The position numbers and the translations under genes are program-made. The notes below the pieces were generated by a model. That model ran no database searches and was not told the origin of the DNA. It was given only the letters and a program-made list of their open reading frames with translations. Positions 31,443 to 42,419 of a DNA stretch of 64,000 nt are shown here, one piece after another (positions within the stretch are counted from its first letter, which is position 1; each line of letters begins with the position of its first letter). The stretch covers positions 64,001-128,000 of the forward strand of contig CBDCTA010000029.1 in the NCBI GenBank assembly GCA_965221955.1. The letters run 5' to 3'. Origin of the DNA: Gammaproteobacteria bacterium (GTDB taxonomy: Bacteria > Pseudomonadota > Gammaproteobacteria > UBA4575).

Positions 31443-33338
31443 TTAGTCGTTTAAAGCAATCGTTCCTGATTGTTTAAAGTTTTCGATATGCGCTGAAAAT
31501 TTTCCAGCATCCATAAAACCTACTACACGGAAGTTGCGTAGCTCATTTCCAGAAGGTTCATAGAATAAAATTGCTGGTGGGCCAAATAAACCTAATTCTT
31601 TTAATAAAGCTTTGTCTTGTTCATCATTCTTTGTTACATCCGCTTGCAACATTACGAAATTATTTAATGACTTTTGCACGCCACCATCACTAAAGGTAAA
31701 AGCTTCCATTTCTTTGCAGGATATACACCAATCCGCATAAAAATCTAACATTACGGGCCGGCCTTCTTTCGCTGCTTGGTTTAATGCTGTTTGCAGACCC
31801 TCTATACCTTTGATTTGTTGGAACGGAAGCGCATGTTCTGAGCCTGAACTAGAATGTGCGGCATCGTTATTCGCCAATTGTGTAGAACCCGCAATCCCTT
31901 GTAGTGGTTGTAACAAACTATGGCTTCCACCTGCCGCACCAATTACAAGAATGGCACCATATACAAGTGAAATAAGACCGAAACCTTTCCATAATTTAGA
32001 CCAACCGGATGCACCCTCTTTAATGGCATCAAGCGCGCCAAGGTAGATTGCTGAAACAATTAATAATGCGCCGGAAAGTAATAAAATAATCGGTGCCGGT
32101 AAAATTCTTTCTAACATCCAAATGGCTAAGGCTAAAAGCAATACACCAAACACAGCCTTGACTGCATCCATCCATGTCCCAGCTTTAGGTAAAATTTTTC
32201 CTGCTGAGGTGCCAATGGCAAGTAAAGGTGCGCCCATACCCATGCTGAGTGCGAATAAAGCGATACCGCCAATAAGTGCATCACCAGTTTCGGCAATATA
32301 AATAAGTGCACCAATTAATGGCGCAGTCACGCAAGGACCTACGATGAGTGCCGAGAGTAATCCCATTATGCCCGCGCCAACGTAAGAGCCTTGTTGTTGA
32401 CCAGAACTAATGGAGTTGAGTTTAGATTGGATACCACTCGGCATTTGCAATTCATAAAAACCAAACATCGCTAGTGAAAGTAAAACAAAAATGCCTGCGA
32501 ATACGCTAATTACCCAAGGGTTTTGAAACCATACTTGAATATTTTCACCTGATAATCCAACGATGACACCTGCAATGGTATACGTCACGGCCATGGCTAA
32601 TACATATACCAGTGATAAAGAAAATGCTTTGGAAGTTGAAATGTCTTCCCCTTGTCCAACAATGATGCTGGATAAAATTGGAATCATCGGGAACACGCAT
32701 GGTGTGAATGCAAGTAACAACCCTAAGCCAAAGAAGAAAAATACGGTAAACCAAAGTTTTCCAGAAGCTAATGTACCGGCAATTTTATCTTGCTCAGATT
32801 GAAACTCAGCTCCCGTTGATGAAGAACTGGCAACACCCTCATCATTTTCTGTAGAGGTTGTAGCACTAACAGCATTAGAGCTTAAATCCACGCGAAGCGT
32901 TTTAGTAATCGGCGGATAACATAAGCCTGCTTTGGCACAACCTTGATACTTAAAAATTAAATCTACTACATTCGTGTTGGCAGCTAATTTTTTAATCGGA
33001 ATGTCAGCGTTAAATTCATGATCAATACTTACAATTAATCCAAAGTATTCATCTTGTTTTTCCTTTCCTTCTGGAAGTGGAAGTTCGCCGAGTGCAATTT
33101 GAGATGCATCCGCAGGTGTAACACTGATTTTATCTTTATACAGATAATAACCGTCTTGAATCAGCCAATTAGTTTTGATGGTTTCCGCATCGCCTTGTTT
33201 GGCGGTGACAACAAAAGCAACGTCAGGGTCCAAAAATTCTTCTTCCTCCTCGCTTAAATTAGCAAGCGGGCTATCAGACCAAGCGGCTGTACTTAAAAAA
33301 GTAAAAAGTAGTAGTAGTGTTATGTGTGCAAATTTCAT
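31443..33338 (-). CDS. dsbD: Thiol:disulfide interchange protein DsbD
   Basis: QGCAKAGLCYPP, FTPCVFPM, GPCVTAPL, WCISC; start set at ATG 33338, which overlaps the cutA stop (TGATG). Confidence 0.96.
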   Translation of the reverse strand: MKFAHITLLLLFTFLSTAAWSDSPLANLSEEEEEFLDPDVAFVVTAKQGDAETIKTNWLIQDGYYLYKDKISVTPADASQIALGELPLPEGKEKQDEYFGLIVSIDHEFNADIPIKKLAANTNVVDLIFKYQGCAKAGLCYPPITKTLRVDLSSNAVSATTSTENDEGVASSSSTGAEFQSEQDKIAGTLASGKLWFTVFFFFGLGLLLAFTPCVFPMIPILSSIIVGQGEDISTSKAFSLSLVYVLAMAVTYTIAGVIVGLSGENIQVWFQNPWVISVFAGIFVLLSLAMFGFYELQMPSGIQSKLNSISSGQQQGSYVGAGIMGLLSALIVGPCVTAPLIGALIYIAETGDALIGGIALFALSMGMGAPLLAIGTSAGKILPKAGTWMDAVKAVFGVLLLALAIWMLERILPAPIILLLSGALLIVSAIYLGALDAIKEGASGWSKLWKGFGLISLVYGAILVIGAAGGSHSLLQPLQGIAGSTQLANNDAAHSSSGSEHALPFQQIKGIEGLQTALNQAAKEGRPVMLDFYADWCISCKEMEAFTFSDGGVQKSLNNFVMLQADVTKNDEQDKALLKELGLFGPPAILFYEPSGNELRNFRVVGFMDAGKFSAHIENFKQSGTIALND

Positions 33339-33655
33339 CAAGCTGTATTCGTTGTTAACCATGCCAAGTATTTTTCTGAACCATTGTTGATTAGAGTTGA
33401 AATAATCTCGGGAAGTTCGTAGGGGTGTTGTTCTTGTATATACTTCTCAAGTTTTTGGTAGCATTTTTCGGTGGTTTTGATTACCGCTAAATGCTCGTTT
33501 TCCTTACAAAGTTGGTTCTCCCACATATAGGTCGATTGCCCCGCAGGCATAATATTTACACATGCCGCCAACTTTGCCTGCACCATTCCTTCTGCAAGCC
33601 GCTGAGCGGTGTCTATATCTGGAAAAGTGGTCAGTACAAGGATGGGCGAGCTCAT
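33338..33655 (-). CDS. cutA: Divalent-cation tolerance protein CutA
   Basis: LAACVNI, HPYELPEII; adjacent to dsbD. Confidence 0.95.
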   Translation of the reverse strand: MSSPILVLTTFPDIDTAQRLAEGMVQAKLAACVNIMPAGQSTYMWENQLCKENEHLAVIKTTEKCYQKLEKYIQEQHPYELPEIISTLINNGSEKYLAWLTTNTA

Positions 33656-33691
33656 AATGGAATACCGGTATCGTTGCCTCTGAATTAACAG

Positions 33692-33719
33692 TTGAAGTTT
33701 GTGCCAGTTGACCCCATAT
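33692..33719 (+). promoter_or_regulatory. Sigma32 (RpoH)-type promoter upstream of fxsA-groESL
   Basis: TTGAA-N15-CCCCATAT matches the sigma32 consensus; 29 bp before ATG 33749. Confidence 0.7.
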
Positions 33720-33748
33720 TGCCAGCATCGCCCTTATCGAGAAACTAT

Positions 33749-34264
33749 ATGCCGCCGGTTCGTGTTCGTGTTTTTCCAATTTTGATGATCCTATTTTTGG
33801 TGATTCCGATTATTGAGATCTACCTACTAATCCAAGTTGGCAGCATGATTGGTGTGCTACCGACCATCGGGCTTGTAATATTGACCGCAATTATTGGTGC
33901 ATCCTTACTGCGTAGTCAGGGTTTGCAAACCTATATGCGTTTTAATCAATCACTTAGCCAAGGTAGAGTACCTGCTAATGAAATTCTCGAAGGGGTGGCC
34001 CTATTGGTAGGTGGTGCCTTGTTACTTACCCCTGGGTTTTTCACTGATATGATTGGTTTTTTCTGTTTACTGTCGATTACCAGAAGGCCTGTGGTGACCT
34101 TTATTGTGAATCGATTCAATCCCTTAGGGAATTTTTCGAGTGGCTCTTTTTCGGGATCCATTTCAGGAGTGGAGATGGGAGATCATCCATCGCGGCCCTC
34201 TCAAAGAGGTGGTTCTGGAAATGTCTATGAAGGTGAAGTGACTCAGCGTTCTAAAGATCACTAG
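33749..34264 (+). CDS. fxsA: FxsA family membrane protein
   Basis: IPIIEIYLLIQVG, GALLLTPGFFTD; start moved from TTG 33692 (inside the promoter) to ATG 33749. Confidence 0.92.
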   Translation: MPPVRVRVFPILMILFLVIPIIEIYLLIQVGSMIGVLPTIGLVILTAIIGASLLRSQGLQTYMRFNQSLSQGRVPANEILEGVALLVGGALLLTPGFFTDMIGFFCLLSITRRPVVTFIVNRFNPLGNFSSGSFSGSISGVEMGDHPSRPSQRGGSGNVYEGEVTQRSKDH

Positions 34265-34289
34265 TTAAGGGGTATTTCCTAGAAATTAC

Positions 34290-34343
34290 TTGACTTCAAG
34301 AAGCTCATTCGTATGATTAGCACTCATTAACTGAGAGTGCTAA
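34290..34343 (+). promoter_or_regulatory. Sigma70-type promoter overlapping a perfect CIRCE (HrcA operator, 34317-34343)
   Basis: TTGACT-N16-TATGAT, then TTAGCACTC-ATTAACTGA-GAGTGCTAA. Confidence 0.93.
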
Positions 34344-34409
34344 CAATAAAAGTACTCCATAGAAATACCATTTAAATTTATATATTTAACCTTAATTTAG
34401 GAGGCTTCG

Positions 34410-34697
34410 ATGAAGTTACGTCCTTTGCACGACCGAGTGGTCGTTAAACGTATGGAAGAAGAACGCACAAGTCCTGGAGGGATTGTGATTCCAGACTCTG
34501 CAACTGAAAAACCTATCAAAGGCAAAGTGATTGCAGTAGGTAATGGCAAAGTTACCGATAGTGGAGAGATTCGAAAGTTAGATGTTAAGAAAGGTGACGA
34601 AGTCTTATTTGGTAAGTACTCCGGCACTGAAGTAAAAGTTGATGGCGATGAATTATTAGTGATGCGTGAAGACGACATCATGGCAGTTGTCGAATAA
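34410..34697 (+). CDS. groES: Co-chaperonin GroES
   Basis: [36 protein letters not shown]. Confidence 0.99.
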   Translation: MKLRPLHDRVVVKRMEEERTSPGGIVIPDSATEKPIKGKVIAVGNGKVTDSGEIRKLDVKKGDEVLFGKYSGTEVKVDGDELLVMREDDIMAVVE

Positions 34698-34745
34698 GTA
34701 TCATCAACATATTTTTTAATTTTAAAAAGTTTTTAACGCATTTAG

Positions 34746-36407
<1,662 letters not shown>

Positions 36408-36435
36408 TCAATTCTTCTCATATTTTCTCGTAGTG

Positions 36436-36463
36436 AAAGGCCTCGCAATGCGAGGCCTTTTTT
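36436..36463 (+). terminator. Rho-independent terminator of groESL
   Basis: AAAGGCCTCGCA-A-TGCGAGGCCTTT followed by T-run. Confidence 0.88.
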
Positions 36464-36501
36464 ATGCATGTGAGAAAAAGAATACCAACAAATATTTTTT
36501 C

Positions 36502-36546
36502 TTGACTATTGTACCAATCGGTATATATTGTACCAATCAGTACAAT
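36502..36546 (+). promoter_or_regulatory. Promoter -35 with tandem palindromic operators (probable TetR sites)
   Basis: TTGACT followed by ATTGTACCAATCGGTATAT and ATTGTACCAATCAGTACAAT. Confidence 0.65.
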
Positions 36547-36565
36547 AATAACAGGAGAGATCACA

Positions 36566-37036
36566 ATGCCCGAAGAAAGACCTCCATTCCCACCTTTTAG
36601 TGAAGAAGACGCGAAAAAGAAAGTACGTATGGCAGAAAATGCGTGGAATTTACAAGACCCAGAAAAAATTGCACTTGCCTATTCACCTGATAGCCGTTGG
36701 CGAAATCGCGCAGAATTTTTTAATGGACGTGATGAAATCGTTGCATTTTTAAAACGCAAGTGGGCGCGAGAATTAGATTATAGGTTGATTAAAGAACTTT
36801 GGACGTATAACGGTAATCGTATTGCCGTGCGTTTTCAGTATGAGTATCACGATGATTCCGGTAATTGGTTTCGTGCACATGGTAATGAAAACTGGGAGTT
36901 TAATGACAAAGGTCTAATGCAACGTCGTGAAGCGAGTATCAATGATGTGCCAATAATAGAATCAGAGCGAAAGTTTTTATGGCCACAAGGTGCCCGCCCA
37001 GAAGATCATCCAGGGCTTACAGAGTTAGGTTTGTAG
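36566..37036 (+). CDS. DUF1348 / NTF2-fold protein
   Basis: [45 protein letters not shown]; ATG 36566 has an AGGAGA RBS. Confidence 0.9.
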   Translation: MPEERPPFPPFSEEDAKKKVRMAENAWNLQDPEKIALAYSPDSRWRNRAEFFNGRDEIVAFLKRKWARELDYRLIKELWTYNGNRIAVRFQYEYHDDSGNWFRAHGNENWEFNDKGLMQRREASINDVPIIESERKFLWPQGARPEDHPGLTELGL

Positions 37037-37039
37037 CAT

Positions 37040-37609
37040 ATGCCAAAAGTCATTGCTGAACGAAGCGATGTCGTACCTGCGCTTGGAGAAATTTTTAGAG
37101 AGTATGGTTTTGCAGGTGCATCGCTTTCAGAAATAACTGATCGAACCGGTCTTGGTAAAGGCAGTCTGTATCATTTTTTTCCACAAGGAAAAACAGAAAT
37201 GGCAGAGGCTGTGCTGGATGATATTGATAGTTGGTTTGAAGATAATGTGTTTACGCCATTGCGTGAAACAGAAGATTCAGTTGCAAGTATTCGATTAATG
37301 TTTAATGAAGTGAATCGGTATTTCAGCTCTGGCAAGCGCATATGTTTAGTCGGTGCATTTGCACTCGACCAGACTCGTGATCAATTTTCAGAGAAAGTCA
37401 GTAACTATTTCAAAGTTTGGATTGATTCGCTTGCGAGTGCCCTGACACGATGTGGTTTAGCAAAAAAAGATGCTAAGTTAATTGCAGAAGAGGTGGTCGG
37501 TGGAATTCAAGGAGCACTTGTGTTGGCAAGGTCACAAGACGATGCAAAAATTTTCACACGTTCAATAAAACGTCTTAAAAAAAGAATTTTGGAAACCATT
37601 AATGGCTGA
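37040..37609 (+). CDS. TetR/AcrR-family regulator
   Basis: GFAGASLSEITDRTGLGKGSLYHFFPQGK HTH. Confidence 0.92.
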   Translation: MPKVIAERSDVVPALGEIFREYGFAGASLSEITDRTGLGKGSLYHFFPQGKTEMAEAVLDDIDSWFEDNVFTPLRETEDSVASIRLMFNEVNRYFSSGKRICLVGAFALDQTRDQFSEKVSNYFKVWIDSLASALTRCGLAKKDAKLIAEEVVGGIQGALVLARSQDDAKIFTRSIKRLKKRILETING

Positions 37610-38384
37610 GTTATTGAAAAATCATCATTGTTCATCGCAAATTGATGAGTTACACAGACAATTATCTAATCACAAGTTATATTGCATGATTGATACAAAA
37701 GAAAAACTCAAAATATTCATGCAGCATCATGTGTATGCGGTATGGGATTTCATGTCTTTGATCAAAGCTCTGCAAAATCACTTTTCACCTATCACATTGC
37801 CGTGGATACCTCCAAAAAATGCGCGTTATGCAAATTTTATTAATCAACTCGTGCTTGAAGAAGAGTCTGATTACGCATTAACGGATTCATCAAGCTCAAC
37901 GCACGCAAGTCATTTTGAAAGTTATCTTCTCGCAATGGAAGAAATTGGGGCTGATACCCAAGCGATTACTTCATTTGTTAATGCGGTGAGTAATAGAGGT
38001 CTTGATGCAGGATTGAAAATGCCAAGTGTTCCTGAACCAGCTAAACAATTCATGCGATTCACATTTGAACTGATTGAACAAAACAAATCGTATCTCCTAG
38101 CAGCCGCTCTAGCATACGGTAGAGAAGACCTCGTGCCTCAATTGTTTCGATCCTTACAAGATGGAATGCATATAAATTCTCAGGTGGCGCCAAATCTATA
38201 TGCTTATATGCAACGCCATATTCAGCTCGATGGTGAAGAGCACGGACCTCTCGCTATTCAACTTTTAAATGAACTTTGTGAAGATTCAAACCAAAAGCAT
38301 TCTGCAGTCGCGAATGCGGCTGAACGTGCATTGGCGGTCAGGCTGGATTTTTGGGATGGTATTCAAAGTGCACTTCAACACTAA
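37602..38384 (+). CDS. DUF3050 family protein (heme-oxygenase-like helical fold)
   Basis: FMQHHVYAVWDFMSL, EESD, SHFESYL, GREDL, RHIQLDGEEHGP. Confidence 0.85.
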   Translation: MAELLKNHHCSSQIDELHRQLSNHKLYCMIDTKEKLKIFMQHHVYAVWDFMSLIKALQNHFSPITLPWIPPKNARYANFINQLVLEEESDYALTDSSSSTHASHFESYLLAMEEIGADTQAITSFVNAVSNRGLDAGLKMPSVPEPAKQFMRFTFELIEQNKSYLLAAALAYGREDLVPQLFRSLQDGMHINSQVAPNLYAYMQRHIQLDGEEHGPLAIQLLNELCEDSNQKHSAVANAAERALAVRLDFWDGIQSALQH

Positions 38385-38411
38385 GTGTTAGTGCCTTTTG
38401 GGAGATAAAAC

Positions 38412-38999
38412 ATGAGAGAGTTTATAAGCGACATTGCATTTACCGATACGGTTAAAAAGATTCAAGAACAAAAAGGCTCTAGAACCATCTATGAACGCGC
38501 AGAAGAATTTGGTGGTTGGGAAAATATCGTAACAACTAAATTAAAAAAGTTTCTCGCTGAACGAGATTCTTTTTATATGTCTACAGTTAATAGTGAAGGC
38601 TATCCTTATATACAACATCGAGGTGGACCGAAAGGATTTTTGAAAGTAATTGATAAACACACCTTAGGGTTCGCCGATTTTTCAGGGAACCGTCAATATA
38701 TTTCTTATGGAAACTTAGAAGATAATAACAAGGTCTGTTTATTTTTTATGGATTATCCCAACAGGATGCGTATAAAACTTTGGGGCACTGCTGAAATAAA
38801 TGAAGAAGACAAAACATTAATTAATGAGCTCACGGTATCAGGATATAAAGCTATTGTTGAGCGTGCGTACCTTATTCATGTAGAAGCGTGGGACCGAAAT
38901 TGTCCTCAGCACATAGTGCCTAGATATACAAAACAAGAAATCGAAGATTTAGAGGTTTGTACTGGATGTGAACCTGAGCACAAGGATGTGCGAATATGA
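38412..38999 (+). CDS. Pyridoxamine 5'-phosphate oxidase-like FMN-binding protein
   Basis: PYIQHRGGPKGFLKV, FADFSGNRQYIS.GN, WDRNCPQHI. Confidence 0.88.
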   Translation: MREFISDIAFTDTVKKIQEQKGSRTIYERAEEFGGWENIVTTKLKKFLAERDSFYMSTVNSEGYPYIQHRGGPKGFLKVIDKHTLGFADFSGNRQYISYGNLEDNNKVCLFFMDYPNRMRIKLWGTAEINEEDKTLINELTVSGYKAIVERAYLIHVEAWDRNCPQHIVPRYTKQEIEDLEVCTGCEPEHKDVRI

Positions 39000-39083
39000 G
39001 TAGCGTCTTGGATGATGCGAACAGATTAGAGTTAGGTAAGTTAAAATGATGCACAGGTTGGGAAATTCTAATCAGATTAATAA

Positions 39084-39113
39084 AATGACTGCTAACGACC
39101 CAAAGCGGACATT
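39084..39113 (+). repeat. 30-bp palindromic site, type A
   Basis: AATGACTGCTAA-CGACCC-AAAGCGGACATT; 19 bp upstream of ATG 39133. Confidence 0.88.
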
Positions 39114-39132
39114 CTCAGGTTCCTAGTTATCA

Positions 39133-39402
39133 ATGAAAGATTTTTCAGTAGCAATATTAATTGGGCTTCTCGTCATTTCTTTACTAGGTATTGGCATAAG
39201 CTATTTTATTTCCATGCTTACAATGATATCTAATCACGATGAAGACAAAGGGTTAGTTATATTAAATTTTTTTCCTGTGTTTAAAACAGATACATTGAAC
39301 GAGAAAGGTGAAAAGGCAAGACGGGTATATAATAAATCGTTATTGGCATTTGCGATTTGGCTAATTGTCGCTTTAGCTTGCTATGTGGTTTTTAATTCTT
39401 AA
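39133..39402 (+). CDS. Small two-TM hypothetical membrane protein (accessory)
   Basis: 89 aa, hydrophobic at both ends; fills the space between two palindromic sites. Confidence 0.7.
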   Translation: MKDFSVAILIGLLVISLLGIGISYFISMLTMISNHDEDKGLVILNFFPVFKTDTLNEKGEKARRVYNKSLLAFAIWLIVALACYVVFNS

Positions 39403-39431
39403 ATGTCTGCTATTGGCCGAATGCGGACATT
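39402..39431 (+). repeat. 30-bp palindromic site, type B
   Basis: AATGTCTGCTAT-TGGCCG-AATGCGGACATT; first A is the last base of the TAA stop. Confidence 0.88.
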
Positions 39432-39456
39432 AATTATAAAAAATTTAAAATAAATT

Positions 39457-40005
39457 ATGCGAGTTGATCCAGTCAGTCATTTAATTGTGGGAGTGCGGTA
39501 TGTACCCTCTCCAAATTTTGATGAGCGACCTGCGGGTACGCAACTATCTTTAATTGTAGTTCATAACATTAGTTTGCCACCGAATGAATTTGGTGGCACT
39601 TACATAGAGCAGTTATTCACGAACCAGCTTGATCCAAATGATCACCCTTACTTTGCTAAAATTGCAGACAAAAAAGTTTCCGCACATATCTTAATTAGAA
39701 GAAATGGCAGCATGGTGCAATTTGTGCCTTTCAACATGCGTGCTTGGCATGCAGGTGAATCGAACTACAAAGGTAAACCGCGTAGTAATGATTATTCGAT
39801 TGGAATCGAATTGGAAGGTGCGGATGAAATACCCTATGAGCTTGAACAATATGCGGTGTTGGCAAGTTTAGTAGATTCACTTCGAATGGCGTACCCGTCT
39901 TTAACGAAAGAAAACCTTGCTGGACATTCTGATATCGCGCCTGGTAGAAAGAGCGATCCTGGCCTAGCATTTAACTGGAAAAAGTTTCGAGATCTTTTGG
40001 CCTAA
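39457..40005 (+). CDS. ampD: 1,6-anhydro-N-acetylmuramyl-L-alanine amidase
   Basis: SPNFDERP, HNISLPP, VSAH, RAWHAG, SIGIELEG, GHSDIAPGRKSDPG. Confidence 0.96.
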   Translation: MRVDPVSHLIVGVRYVPSPNFDERPAGTQLSLIVVHNISLPPNEFGGTYIEQLFTNQLDPNDHPYFAKIADKKVSAHILIRRNGSMVQFVPFNMRAWHAGESNYKGKPRSNDYSIGIELEGADEIPYELEQYAVLASLVDSLRMAYPSLTKENLAGHSDIAPGRKSDPGLAFNWKKFRDLLA

Positions 40006-40056
40006 GACTTTCTCCTAGCATTTAACTGGAAAACGTTTCGAGATCTTTTGGCTTAA
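39963..40056 (+). repeat. 43-bp direct repeat duplicating the ampD 3' end
   Basis: 39963-40005 vs 40014-40056, two mismatches, 8-bp spacer. Confidence 0.92.
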
Positions 40057-40066
40057 TCAATCATTT

Positions 40067-40753
40067 TTAAACGAGTTGCCATGCTTTGTCGATTAACCCT
40101 TCTATTGGCTTGAAATTCTTTTTATAACTCATTTTACGGCACTCTTTGATCCAATAACCTAGGTATAAATAATCGAGGGTTTGTGTTTTTGCATGTTCAA
40201 TGAGCTTTAGAATTGCGAGTGTGCCTAAGCCACGATTTTGAAATTCTGTAGCATAATAGGTGTATGCGGCCGATAGGCCTTGTGGCAAGCAATCAAATAC
40301 GGCAACACAAATTAATTTTCCGTTTAGACGAAATTCCATAAACTGTGTGTCCGACCAGGTACCGAGAATGAATTCTTCATAGTCTTGCTGGGTCGATAAT
40401 GTCATTGGGCTTTCATTATGCCGGTCTTGTAAATATCGCTTATACAGTTCGAAGTGCTCATCTAGAAACTGTTTTTCAATAATCTGTATTTCTAGATCTT
40501 GATTGCGTTTTAAAGTGCGTTGTTGAGAACGGTTAGGTTTAAAGTTTTTCACATCAACCCTAGTTGGAATACAGGCTTTACAATCAGGACATTGTGGGCG
40601 GTACAAATGACTGCCATTGCGTCGAAAACCATGATCAATTAACCAGCTATAAGTGCGTGTGGATATTTCCTTATTTGGGTCAGCGAATATGTTGATGCTG
40701 TATCGATTGGGTAAATAACCACAGGGATGCACGGGGGTTTGATAAAAATCCAT
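40067..40753 (-). CDS. ATE1-like arginyltransferase / Asp-Glu leucyltransferase (Bpt)
   Basis: HPCGYLP, GFRRNG..LYRPQC..CKAC, YLYLGYWI...KMSYK. Confidence 0.9.
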   Translation of the reverse strand: MDFYQTPVHPCGYLPNRYSINIFADPNKEISTRTYSWLIDHGFRRNGSHLYRPQCPDCKACIPTRVDVKNFKPNRSQQRTLKRNQDLEIQIIEKQFLDEHFELYKRYLQDRHNESPMTLSTQQDYEEFILGTWSDTQFMEFRLNGKLICVAVFDCLPQGLSAAYTYYATEFQNRGLGTLAILKLIEHAKTQTLDYLYLGYWIKECRKMSYKKNFKPIEGLIDKAWQLV

Positions 40754-40817
40754 GTGAATATTATTTACCCGCTATACTGTTAGATTCAATACTTAGATAA
40801 CAAGAATACGAAAATTC

Positions 40818-42419
40818 ATGTACCAGCAACTGCACGATACCTTAACTGCTATAGATAAGGATCAACAACTGAGTCTATTAGCAAGCGGTAGTATAGGTTT
40901 GGAGAAAGAATCTCTGCGTGTGGATAAAAATGGCAAGCTATCTCAGTTGCAACATCCATCAAGTTTAGGTTCTGCATTAACCAATCCTTATATCACTACC
41001 GATTACTCTGAAGCATTGCTTGAACTCATTACGCCGCCTTTACAGGGAGTTACAAAAGCGCGTACATTTTTAGAGAAGATTCATCAATTTGTATATACCC
41101 AAATTAAAGATGAATACATTTGGAGTGCAAGCATGCCCTGTGTGGTAGCAGGTGATGACGGTATCCCCATTGCACAATATGGAAACTCTAATCTAGGCAT
41201 GATGAAGACGGTATATCGGCGGGGATTAGGGTATCGCTACGGGAAAATGATGCAAGCGATTGCCGGTGTACATTTTAATTATTCCTTGCATGAAGATTTT
41301 TGGCCGTATTACCAGTCACTATGCAATCAAGAGCATGTGGTGTTGCAAGATTTTATTTCAGATCAGTATATGGGCTTGATTCGTAACATCCAACGTTATG
41401 GCTGGTTAATTTTTTATTTATTTGGAAGCTCTCCAGCAATATGCAAATCCTTTTTAAGTGGGCAACCTGGTGAACTTGAAAGATTTGATGAAAACACTTA
41501 TTACCTTCCGTATGCGACAACTTTACGTATGGGAGACATCGGATACACGAATAAAAAAGAAAATGAAACAGGTGTGCAAGCTTGTTATGACAGTTTGTCT
41601 TCGTATATAAAATGTTTGACTAAAGCCATCGAAACGCCGTGTCCAGAATATGAAAAAATTGGTGTCAAAGTGGGTGGTGAATATAGGCAACTGAATGCGA
41701 ATATTTTGCAGATAGAAAACGAGTACTACAGTACGATTCGGCCAAAACAACCTTTGGTTAAAAACGAAAAGCCTGTGCATGCCTTGGCGCAGCGAGGTGT
41801 TCAATATATAGAGCTTAGATCCTTAGATCTGAATCTATACGATTCTTTGGGTGTGAGTGAATCGCAATTGTATTTTTTGGAAGCGTTTATGTTGTTTTGT
41901 TTGTTACAAAAAAGCCCCTTAATTAATCAAGATGAGCGCGAGGCGGTAAAAGATAATGAAACCAAGGTTGCTCACCAAGGTCGTGATCCTGATTTAACAC
42001 TTTCAAGAGTGAATCAACAAGATTCTCTGCAAGATTGGGCGGGAGAGCTCTTGCATGAGATGCAAGCGATATGTTTCATTCTTGATGAGCAGGACAACTC
42101 AGATTGCTATAGTCAGGCATTGCAAGAACAACTGGCTGCAGTTGAAGACGTGGATCTAACACCTTCAGCGAGAGTACTACAGGACATGCATGAAAATAAT
42201 GAGTGTTTTTTTGAATTTTCAAGACGAGTATCCAAACAATACGAAAAACAATTGCGCAACAGTGTGTTAAGTGAAAAAGACCTAAACTTTTTCCAAACGA
42301 GCGTACGACAGTCGGTCGAAAAACAACGACAAATTGAGGCCTCAGACACACAAACATTCGATCAATTCCTGCACAATTATTTCACAAACACACTATCTGA
42401 ACAGGAAGTGGTGATATGA
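40818..42419 (+). CDS. gshA: Glutamate-cysteine ligase
   Basis: GLEKESLR, ITTDYSEALLELITP, RYGKMMQ, NILQIENEYY. Confidence 0.96.
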   Translation: MYQQLHDTLTAIDKDQQLSLLASGSIGLEKESLRVDKNGKLSQLQHPSSLGSALTNPYITTDYSEALLELITPPLQGVTKARTFLEKIHQFVYTQIKDEYIWSASMPCVVAGDDGIPIAQYGNSNLGMMKTVYRRGLGYRYGKMMQAIAGVHFNYSLHEDFWPYYQSLCNQEHVVLQDFISDQYMGLIRNIQRYGWLIFYLFGSSPAICKSFLSGQPGELERFDENTYYLPYATTLRMGDIGYTNKKENETGVQACYDSLSSYIKCLTKAIETPCPEYEKIGVKVGGEYRQLNANILQIENEYYSTIRPKQPLVKNEKPVHALAQRGVQYIELRSLDLNLYDSLGVSESQLYFLEAFMLFCLLQKSPLINQDEREAVKDNETKVAHQGRDPDLTLSRVNQQDSLQDWAGELLHEMQAICFILDEQDNSDCYSQALQEQLAAVEDVDLTPSARVLQDMHENNECFFEFSRRVSKQYEKQLRNSVLSEKDLNFFQTSVRQSVEKQRQIEASDTQTFDQFLHNYFTNTLSEQEVVI

